Shown piece after piece: positions 26,742 through 33,418 of a DNA stretch of 44,065 bases. The translations under genes were made by a program, and so were the position numbers. How positions within the stretch are numbered: position 1 is the first letter of the stretch; every line of letters begins with the position of its first letter. The notes under the pieces were generated by a model. It made no database searches and was not told where the DNA came from. It worked only from the letters and a program-made list of their open reading frames with translations. Source of the stretch: a virus (Duplodnaviria; Caudoviricetes); IMG/VR virus record IMGVR_UViG_3300049192_000027, positions 1 to 44,065 of that record; one strand, given 5' to 3'.

Positions 26742-26837
26742 GACTGCTCCAAGTGGGCGCACAGTGTAGATCTAAATTCGATGAGCGGAGAGCGTAAGAG
26801 TGCACGACATTGGCAGGACACTGGAAGGGCTCTTTCT

Positions 26838-26955
26838 CCTATGAAAACTATCTATTTCTTCCAATCTTCCAAATTCCAATCTAAAACTAGAGGAAAAGAA
26901 ATTAAGTAATAGGTAAATACCTGAGAGATGTTTTTTCTATAGAGGTTTAGTTTTC
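26838..26955. other. AT-rich putative replication origin with TTCCAA repeats
   Basis: Longest AT-rich stretch in the window; TTCCAA at 26859, 26867, 26874; directly upstream of the primase-helicase. Confidence 0.5.
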
Positions 26956-27007
26956 AGACCGGAACGTGTGCTCAAAAATGAGGCAGTCCGTGGAGGCTGG
27001 CTCCAAG

Positions 27008-27038
27008 GCAAAAGCGAGTGACCCGAAGGCCACTCGCT
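27008..27038 (-). terminator. intrinsic terminator
   Basis: Minus strand AGCGAGTGGCC-TTCG-GGTCACTCGCT-TTT just after the 27046 stop. Confidence 0.75.
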
Positions 27039-27045
27039 CGCTGCG

Positions 27046-28008
27046 TCAGTGCTGCTCGTACTTACCGGCTTCGTTCTTCTCGAAGCCACGTGCGGCCAGG
27101 TCTTTGTCCTGACGCGCGTTGTCGAGGGCGGGCTGGCTGAAGCCGTCATTGAAGAGCGGGGCGGCCAGCACTTCGTCGATCAGCGCAGTTGCTGCCTTCA
27201 GTTCCTTGCGCGTGGCCATGAAGTCGATGACGTTGATCTTGCGATCAGTGGCCATGCGACCAACCGCTTGGCCGATGGCATTCTTGATGCCTTCGATCAG
27301 GCGCTTGCGCGTGTCCAACGGCAGCTCGTTGAAGTCTGCCGAGTCGATCGTGCTGGTGCTGCCGATGAACTGCACCATGCCGGCGATGGCAGGGATGCGA
27401 GCCTTCGAGGTCTCGTAGCGATCTGCGGCTTGCAAGTCTTCACGCTTCACGAGTTCAGCGAACAGTTCGTCGGCCAACGCTGTGTTGCCTTGGGCTTCGT
27501 CATCCGCGAGCATGCGCAGCTTTTCACGGGTGAGGGCAGTGGTAGTCTGCACCTTCTCGCCTTGCAGCAGCGACTCGATGGTGGGCATCACGTGCTTGTC
27601 GTTCAGTGAGCCGACGGCGTCGTGCCAATCACGACGCAGCAGCAGCAGCCGGCGGATGGAGCCGATGCCCTCAGTCTCCATGAAGCCTTGCTCGACCAGG
27701 TTGGTCTCGCGCTGCTCGCGTTCGCTCATGGCGGCGAGGTACTCGTTGTAGTTGTCGATGTCGCCAGCGCTCTGCATGTCGCGGAAGAGATCGAAGAACA
27801 CTGAGCGCACGTTGTTGATCAGTGTGATGTCGATGTACCAGGCCATGCTGTTGAGCACCTGGAAGCGCGCACGCTCTGAGATGACGTTCGTCTGCACGAA
27901 GTCAATCGGATCGAACGTGCGCGCACCGATGCTCTTGGCTTGGGCGGTGAGCTGGGGCTTGAGGGTGTCGAGAGCGGAGAGGGAAGTAACGCGATGGGTT
28001 GTAGACAT
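27046..28008 (-). CDS. 320-aa helical early protein, unknown function
   Basis: Long ORF with phage-like codon usage, followed by terminator. Confidence 0.8.
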   Translation of the reverse strand: MSTTHRVTSLSALDTLKPQLTAQAKSIGARTFDPIDFVQTNVISERARFQVLNSMAWYIDITLINNVRSVFFDLFRDMQSAGDIDNYNEYLAAMSEREQRETNLVEQGFMETEGIGSIRRLLLLRRDWHDAVGSLNDKHVMPTIESLLQGEKVQTTTALTREKLRMLADDEAQGNTALADELFAELVKREDLQAADRYETSKARIPAIAGMVQFIGSTSTIDSADFNELPLDTRKRLIEGIKNAIGQAVGRMATDRKINVIDFMATRKELKAATALIDEVLAAPLFNDGFSQPALDNARQDKDLAARGFEKNEAGKYEQH

Positions 28009-28037
28009 GGTGATGTTCTCGGTAAGGTAGGTGGGTT

Positions 28038-28200
28038 GCCGGTTACGCCATCCGGCTCCATGAAGGACGCAGTTAAGCCCAAGCTATAACGCTCTGAGGC
28101 AACATGTGCATGATTGCGGGAGGCCTTGAGACGCGTCCGGCAAGCGTCAGCCTTTATCCCTAGGTAGCCGGTGTGATCCTGTCGCGAACTGCGTGCCGGA
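28038..28200 (-). ncRNA. candidate structured 5' leader/ncRNA
   Basis: Long-range complementarity 28187-28200 with 28051-28074, internal hairpins, no credible ORF. Confidence 0.3.
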
Positions 28201-28267
28201 TCACTGATCACGCAGAGCGGGCGCTGAAGCCAGCGTCGCTATCTGAACGGCTGCATGTAGATCTCCT

Positions 28268-28447
28268 TTAGCTGAGTGCCAACGGGTGGCCTTGTTGAGC
28301 TTCGAGTTCGGCGATCACGTCGAAGGGATCAGCACCGAAGGGCAGATCGGAATCGAGGTCGTCGATGTCATCGTCGAGACGCATGCCGGCTTGGAGGCAT
28401 TGCTGCTCTTGTCTGTTGGTTTCGTCGGTGAGGGGGTGGATGCGCAC
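28268..28447 (-). CDS. 59-aa acidic protein (not in ORF track)
   Basis: CAGGAG-N6-GTG; MRIHPLTDETNRQEQQCLQAGMRLDDDIDDLDSDLPFGADPFDVIAELEAQQGHPLALS. Confidence 0.7.
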   Translation of the reverse strand: MRIHPLTDETNRQEQQCLQAGMRLDDDIDDLDSDLPFGADPFDVIAELEAQQGHPLALS

Positions 28448-28478
28448 GGCGTACTCCTGAGTGAAAGAACATCAACGC

Positions 28479-28510
28479 AAAAAGAGACAGCCACCTGGAA
28501 GGTGGCTGTC
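28479..28510 (-). terminator. intrinsic terminator
   Basis: Minus strand GACAGCCACCT-TCC-AGGTGGCTGTC-TCTTTTT. Confidence 0.8.
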
Positions 28511-28517
28511 ATGCGAA

Positions 28518-28694
28518 CTAGACCTGCATCACGTTGCGACGCGTCACGCAGCGACGGATTTCGCGCGAAGCTCGTGCCCAGAGACACGAGCGCAGGTTGA
28601 GGTAGTAGGTGGCGCGATCTGGGTAGAAGCGTGCGAGCACGCGGCAGACACGCATGAGGTGGCCGTAGCGTTGAGCGATGCGTTGGACGGTCAA
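28518..28694 (-). CDS. 58-aa Arg-rich protein (not in ORF track)
   Basis: GAGGAG RBS, TTG start; MTVQRIAQRYGHLMRVCRVLARFYPDRATYYLNLRSCLWARASREIRRCVTRRNVMQV; terminator follows. Confidence 0.55.
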   Translation of the reverse strand: MTVQRIAQRYGHLMRVCRVLARFYPDRATYYLNLRSCLWARASREIRRCVTRRNVMQV

Positions 28695-28698
28695 TTCA

Positions 28699-28986
28699 CT
28701 AACTCCTCAGTTTGGCTGACACGTCGAACCAACCTGGGTAGTAGGTTGGGCCGACCATGTGGCCGTAGGCTTTCTTGGCACAGCTCAACACGATCGACGT
28801 GAAGAGAGCGCCGACTGTTGCGACCATGACCCCAGAGAAGGTGCCCCAATGTATTGCGCACAATCCAATGAAGACCAATACATCCATCAGCACTGGGTGC
28901 GAGATGACCCAGAGCTTCGAACGCCACGGCAACTTGGCCAGCATCACGAGCAGACCAAGTGAGACCACGAGACCCATTTCGAGCAT
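28699..28986 (-). CDS. multi-TM membrane protein
   Basis: GGGAG RBS at MLEMG; about three hydrophobic segments. Confidence 0.75.
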   Translation of the reverse strand: MLEMGLVVSLGLLVMLAKLPWRSKLWVISHPVLMDVLVFIGLCAIHWGTFSGVMVATVGALFTSIVLSCAKKAYGHMVGPTYYPGWFDVSAKLRS

Positions 28987-28999
28987 CGCAGTCTCCCGT

Positions 29000-29473
29000 T
29001 TAGCTAACGGCGTGTTCACGGGCACCGAAGAGCCCGGACACGTAGCTGTAAAGAGTCTTCACATGCTCGCGCGCTGCGCCGCATGCGACGTACTCGTAGA
29101 CGACGCCGCCCAGCACGCCGGATGTGTACGCGACGAGCGCGTAACCCAGCACTGCGATCAGCATCGCGAGGAACGCCGAGGTCGAGGTGGCCAGCACTGC
29201 GATCGTGATCACGCTCACGAGTTCGCTGAGCAGCAGGCCCGAGGCCACGGCAGTGACGATGCCGAGGACCATAGCGACGACGCGCTCCCGCGTCCACGTG
29301 AGCTTGAACTGCGCCATGAGCTTCTGACGCAGCGTCTCGACATCGTCTTCGTCGATGTCAGCCGCATGAGGCTTGTCCAGGCCCGGCGCTTGGGTGGTGG
29401 TGGGCTTGCGCTTGGCATGGGGCGCAGCGGCAGCGGGAGTGGTGGGCTTGATGAGGGTGGGGCGAGTTGCCAT
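29000..29473 (-). CDS. membrane protein with disordered N-terminus
   Basis: AGGAG RBS; long hydrophobic central region. Confidence 0.75.
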   Translation of the reverse strand: MATRPTLIKPTTPAAAAPHAKRKPTTTQAPGLDKPHAADIDEDDVETLRQKLMAQFKLTWTRERVVAMVLGIVTAVASGLLLSELVSVITIAVLATSTSAFLAMLIAVLGYALVAYTSGVLGGVVYEYVACGAAREHVKTLYSYVSGLFGAREHAVS

Positions 29474-29509
29474 GATGAAAGCTCCTAGATGTATAGACAG
29501 GTGATGTGC

Positions 29510-29584
29510 TCAGGCGAGCACGTTGAACCAGAGCAGCATCTGCTCAGGGGTGGGGGTGAGGTAGGTGACGGTGACGTTGGTCAT
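29510..29584 (-). CDS. 24-aa peptide MTNVTVTYLTPTPEQMLLWFNVLA
   Basis: GGGGAG RBS, TGATG coupling. Confidence 0.45.
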   Translation of the reverse strand: MTNVTVTYLTPTPEQMLLWFNVLA

Positions 29585-29736
29585 CACTCGCTCCCCTTCA
29601 TCTCGATGTAGATGAAAGCGACGAAGCACAGACCAGCGAGGACGCACAGTGCTACGGCGAGGGCGTGGTAATCCATGAAGGGCACACCACACAGAGCGAC
29701 GAGGCCGAGTGCGAGGAGGCGGGACGCGAGGTGCAT
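29584..29736 (-). CDS. 50-aa two-TM protein, first gene of early arm
   Basis: CAGGAG-N6-ATG; hydrophobic. Confidence 0.6.
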   Translation of the reverse strand: MHLASRLLALGLVALCGVPFMDYHALAVALCVLAGLCFVAFIYIEMKGSE

Positions 29737-29789
29737 GACTTGCTCCTGAGTAGAAAGAACACAGAAGCAAGGCGATGCAGCGAAGCGGA

Positions 29790-30006
29790 GCGCAGCTGCT
29801 GGGGGCGGATAAGCATCCTTTTTCCTCCCACGCGAATCCGAATCCGAAGTGGGGTACTCGGAAGCGGAGGGCGGGGAGGGAGACTCACCGCCGCGCATCT
29901 CTTAAAAATTTTTAGAAAATTTTCCTAAGAACCCACCACCCGTTCCCCCGAACCCCGTCCGCCTCTAATCCGATCCTGGTTAGATTCAAATTAGAATCGC
30001 GGCGCC
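29790..30006. promoter_or_regulatory. divergent early/late control region; candidate packaging or genome-end site
   Basis: Non-coding; G-rich left, C-rich right; AT core TCTTAAAAATTTTTAGAAAATTTTCCTAAGA (29900-29930); TAGAAT -10-like hexamer at 29992. Confidence 0.5.
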
Positions 30007-30639
30007 ATGACAGCCCGCCTCCCGCCCAACCCCGACGGAAAAAACCGCGCCGGATCAGGTCGCGGACTCAAGAAGGTCACGGTCCCCCTCACCAAGAAGC
30101 GAGGCGCGTCGAAGGACCGCACGCTGCCCGTGCTCCAGGCCCGCCAGGGCGTCAACACCAGCACGGTTGCAGGCGCAGAGCAGATCGACCCCACCAAGCC
30201 GCTGACCGAGAAGGCCAAGCTGTTCGTGAAGTACTGGGCGCAAGGCGAGTCGATCCCCAGCGCCTCCGCACGCGCCGGCTACGGGGACGCTGCCACCTAT
30301 GCCTACCGCCTGGTGCACATGCCCAACGTCCAGGCCCTATACCGCGAGGAGAAGCGCCTCTACGAGGAGGCGTCCCAGATGACGCGGAAGAAGGTCATGG
30401 ATGGCCTGCTCGAAGGCATCGAGATGGCCAAGCTGATGGCCGAGCCCGCCTCCGTGATCAACGGCTGGAAGACCGTGGGTCAGATGTGCGGCTACTTCGA
30501 GCCGGTCAAGAAGAAGCTGGAGATCACGGTCAAGGGCCAGATCGCCATGCAAAAGATGGAGCTCCTCAGCGACGAGGACCTCATCAAGATGCTCACGAAC
30601 GACCTGGACGAGGAGGCTCAAGATGAGCTGGAAGACTGA
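30007..30639 (+). CDS. terS: terminase small subunit
   Basis: LTEKAKLFVKYWAQG...ASARAGY HTH typical of TerS; first gene of late arm. Confidence 0.8.
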   Translation: MTARLPPNPDGKNRAGSGRGLKKVTVPLTKKRGASKDRTLPVLQARQGVNTSTVAGAEQIDPTKPLTEKAKLFVKYWAQGESIPSASARAGYGDAATYAYRLVHMPNVQALYREEKRLYEEASQMTRKKVMDGLLEGIEMAKLMAEPASVINGWKTVGQMCGYFEPVKKKLEITVKGQIAMQKMELLSDEDLIKMLTNDLDEEAQDELED

Positions 30640-30922
30640 CAAGTTTCAGGCCCTGCGCGACCTCGCCGAAGCCACCCTGACAACGTCCATGCGTGCCGAG
30701 CGGAAGACCAGCACGGCCAAAGAGTACGAGGCCAGAGTCAACGGCGTTCTTGAGCAGATCCGCAAAGAAGTACACGAAGCCCGCCAGGTCGCCGAGATCA
30801 CACGCGAGCTGCGCGGCGAGCCCGAACCAGCCCACGACCACTACCGCCCCATGAGGTACAGCTATGGAATTGCCTTCTCCGTCAAGCGAGACCAGTCCGT
30901 TGTCTGCATCGCCGGCATCTGA
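30623..30922 (+). CDS. hypothetical protein with AEITRELRG motif
   Basis: GGAGG RBS; overlaps terS end. Confidence 0.7.
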   Translation: MSWKTDKFQALRDLAEATLTTSMRAERKTSTAKEYEARVNGVLEQIRKEVHEARQVAEITRELRGEPEPAHDHYRPMRYSYGIAFSVKRDQSVVCIAGI

Positions 30923-31211
30923 GTTCGATCCCCATGCCTCGTTCATCGCCGAAGACGGGCTCGAATACGAAAACCTCGCGGAGTACATCTGCGGGCGGCC
31001 GGTCGACTGCTGGCGGAACCGCACGATCCAAAACTGGCGCCAAGGCGGCCGCTCCGAAGCAGCCGTCCGCGAGTGGATCAAAGGCTACGACGGCGACGAC
31101 CCGACCCCGAGCAGCAAGCTCGACTTCGCCGCCCGCGCCGACCGCCAAGTCCGCGCGAACTTCTCCGTCGACTCGTGGGGCCGACCGCTCTGCAGCACCC
31201 TCTGCCCCTAA
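30864..31211 (+). CDS. paralog A overprinted on the terL 5' extension
   Basis: GAGG RBS; FDPH...DGLEY..L...ICG.P.DC.RN homology with 31215..31586. Confidence 0.7.
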   Translation: MELPSPSSETSPLSASPASEFDPHASFIAEDGLEYENLAEYICGRPVDCWRNRTIQNWRQGGRSEAAVREWIKGYDGDDPTPSSKLDFAARADRQVRANFSVDSWGRPLCSTLCP

Positions 31212-33120
31212 GCCATGCGCCAAAAAGACTTCGACCCGCACGGCCGCGTCATCAGCGAGCAAGACGGTCTCGAATACAGCTCGCTCGGCCACCTCATCTG
31301 CGGCACTCCGATCGACTGCGCCCGCAACCACGTCATCGCCCGTCTCCACGACCACCCACGCGTCAAAGCCGGCATCTGGACGTGGAAAGAAGCCGTCCTC
31401 GCCCAGTACCAGCACCAAGACCGCAACGGCAACCTCTACGCCGCCCGCAGCAATCCCGACGACCGCCGCCACCTCCCCCAAGGCATCGAGTTCTTCGATC
31501 CTGGCAGCCCAGAAGGAGCTGGCAGCCCGAGTCCTCAGCAAACGTCGGTTGATCCCCTTCACGCAGCGGATCAACCCACGGTATGACGCCGGCTGGGTCC
31601 ACCGGGACATCGCGCGCCGCCTGGAGCGCTTCAGCGACGACGTAGCCAAGGGCCTGAGCCCGCGGCTGATGCTGCTGATGCCCCCGCGGCACGGCAAGAG
31701 CGAGCTCGCCTCCCGCATGTTCCCGGCCTGGCACCTGGGCCGGCAGCCCGATCACGAAATCATCGCCTGCTCGTACAACGTGAGCCTGGCGATGGCCTTC
31801 AGCCGCAAGGTGAAGGAGACCATCGCCGACCCGGCCTACGAGAGCGTCTTTGCCACCCGGCTCAACCCGAACAACCAGTCGGCCGAGGAGTGGGGCCTGG
31901 CTGGCGGCAGTCGCGGCGGCTACGTGGCGGCCGGCGTCGGCGGCGGTATCACCGGCAAGGGCGCGCACGTCCTGCTGATCGACGACCCGATCAAGAACGC
32001 TGAGGAGGCCGACAGCCCAGACGTGCGCGAGAAGCTTATGGACTGGTACGGCTCGACGGCCTACACCCGCCTCGCCCCCGGCGGCGGCGTGCTGGTGATC
32101 CAGACCTGGTGGCACGACGACGACCTGGCCGGCCGGCTGCAGATGGCCATGGCCGCGGACCCCGAAGCCGACCAGTTCGAGGTAGTGAAGTACCCGGCCA
32201 TCGCCGAGCATGATGAGTGGATCGACACCATCACGGACGAGATCGTGCGCATCGACGTGCCGATGCATGAGCCGTACTACGAGGACCCGCTCGAAGCCTC
32301 CGTGCACGCGCTGTCCCGCGCTGCTGGCCTGGGCTACGACATGAGCAAGATGCAGTTCCTGCGCGCCAAGGGCCAGGCACTGCACCCCGAACGCTACGAC
32401 CGCAAGAAGCTGCTACGGATCAAGAAGACGATCCCGAACCGGTTCTGGTCCGCTCTCTATCAGCAGAACCCGGTCCCCGACGACGGCGCGTACTTCCTCA
32501 AGGAGCACTTCCGCCGCGGCCAGATCCCGCCCATCAAGCGCGCGCACGTCTACATCGCCTTCGACTTCGCGATCACCGAGAAGAAGCAGAACGACTACAC
32601 CGTGGGCGCCGTCGGGCTTCAGGACGACGACGACACGCTGCACGTCGCGGAGGTGCTGCGCTTCAAGAGCGGCGACGCCCTCTACATCGTGGACGCGATC
32701 CTCTCGCTGTGTCGCCGGTGGTACAGTTCTAACTTAGTTCTAGGGTTCGAGGACGGGCAAATCTATAAGACGATGGCCGTCCTGCTCAAGAAGCGAATGC
32801 AGGAGGAGCGGTTCTATCCGTCGATCACGGTTCTAACGCCAGTGACCGACAAGTTGGCTAGAGCCAGGCCCCTCCAGGGCCGGATGCAGCAGGGGAAGGT
32901 CAGCTTCAACGAGCAGGGCGATTGGTACGACGTGGTCAGGCAAGAGCTCTTGCGCTTCCCGGCCGGCGTGCACGACGACTGTGTAGATGCGCTCGCTTGG
33001 ATGACACACCTGGCCGTCGGCCGCGCGCCGCCCCAGAAACCGAAACAGAAGGAGATGGGGTCATGGCGGGACAAGTTGAAGGGCCTGGGTACCAAGGGCG
33101 CGAGCCACATGGCCGCATAA
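30934..33120 (+). CDS. terL: terminase large subunit (start uncertain; folded part begins ~31500)
   Basis: Walker A PPRHGKS, ITGKGA, Walker B LLIDD, QTWWH, YQQNP, nuclease AFDFA, HDDCVDA. Confidence 0.95.
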   Translation: MPRSSPKTGSNTKTSRSTSAGGRSTAGGTARSKTGAKAAAPKQPSASGSKATTATTRPRAASSTSPPAPTAKSARTSPSTRGADRSAAPSAPKPCAKKTSTRTAASSASKTVSNTARSATSSAALRSTAPATTSSPVSTTTHASKPASGRGKKPSSPSTSTKTATATSTPPAAIPTTAATSPKASSSSILAAQKELAARVLSKRRLIPFTQRINPRYDAGWVHRDIARRLERFSDDVAKGLSPRLMLLMPPRHGKSELASRMFPAWHLGRQPDHEIIACSYNVSLAMAFSRKVKETIADPAYESVFATRLNPNNQSAEEWGLAGGSRGGYVAAGVGGGITGKGAHVLLIDDPIKNAEEADSPDVREKLMDWYGSTAYTRLAPGGGVLVIQTWWHDDDLAGRLQMAMAADPEADQFEVVKYPAIAEHDEWIDTITDEIVRIDVPMHEPYYEDPLEASVHALSRAAGLGYDMSKMQFLRAKGQALHPERYDRKKLLRIKKTIPNRFWSALYQQNPVPDDGAYFLKEHFRRGQIPPIKRAHVYIAFDFAITEKKQNDYTVGAVGLQDDDDTLHVAEVLRFKSGDALYIVDAILSLCRRWYSSNLVLGFEDGQIYKTMAVLLKKRMQEERFYPSITVLTPVTDKLARARPLQGRMQQGKVSFNEQGDWYDVVRQELLRFPAGVHDDCVDALAWMTHLAVGRAPPQKPKQKEMGSWRDKLKGLGTKGASHMAA
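31215..31586 (+). CDS. paralog B nested within the terL ORF (different frame)
   Basis: ATG 3 nt after paralog A stop; same motif. Confidence 0.7.
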   Translation: MRQKDFDPHGRVISEQDGLEYSSLGHLICGTPIDCARNHVIARLHDHPRVKAGIWTWKEAVLAQYQHQDRNGNLYAARSNPDDRRHLPQGIEFFDPGSPEGAGSPSPQQTSVDPLHAADQPTV

Positions 33121-33143
33121 CAGACAGCCTGGCCCGCGACAGC

Positions 33144-33404
33144 ATGCCGGCCCCGAGCAACTTCTACCGCGACCAGGGCTCCGCTCCCGCGGAGCCGAAC
33201 GTTCGCTTCCAGGCAATCCCCGTCGCCGCCGTCATGACGCCGGAACAACTCGTGTTCTGGCTGCGCGGCATGGCTGACACCGGCCTGCTGCACATCCCCG
33301 ACGCAACCACAACCCTCGGCGTCATCTTCGACGCCGCTCAACGGGCGGTGATCGAGCCGCCCACATCAAACAAGCCGCCCTGCGGCTGCGGCGGCCATCG
33401 CTGA
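33144..33404 (+). CDS. hypothetical protein
   Basis: Fills terL-portal gap; MTPEQLVFWLRG motif; start uncertain. Confidence 0.6.
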   Translation: MPAPSNFYRDQGSAPAEPNVRFQAIPVAAVMTPEQLVFWLRGMADTGLLHIPDATTTLGVIFDAAQRAVIEPPTSNKPPCGCGGHR

Positions 33405-33418
33405 TCTGAAAGCACCTT

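Noticed and set aside
27819-28256. TAG read-through joining MQPFR* to the 130-aa ORF (stop-codon recoding)
   Set aside because: Downstream frame has poor codon usage and runs into the next gene; core genes are intact under the standard code and no suppressor tRNA is seen
28012-28270. tRNA, tmRNA or hammerhead ribozyme
   Set aside because: No cloverleaf/T-loop arrangement and no CUGANGA/GAAA core
28699-28986. Holin
   Set aside because: Multi-TM but in the early arm with no endolysin or spanin nearby; left as unknown membrane protein
30934-32400. Intein or intron in terL
   Set aside because: No C/S...HN splice motifs, homing endonuclease or recognisable intron core; ATPase and nuclease motifs are in one frame
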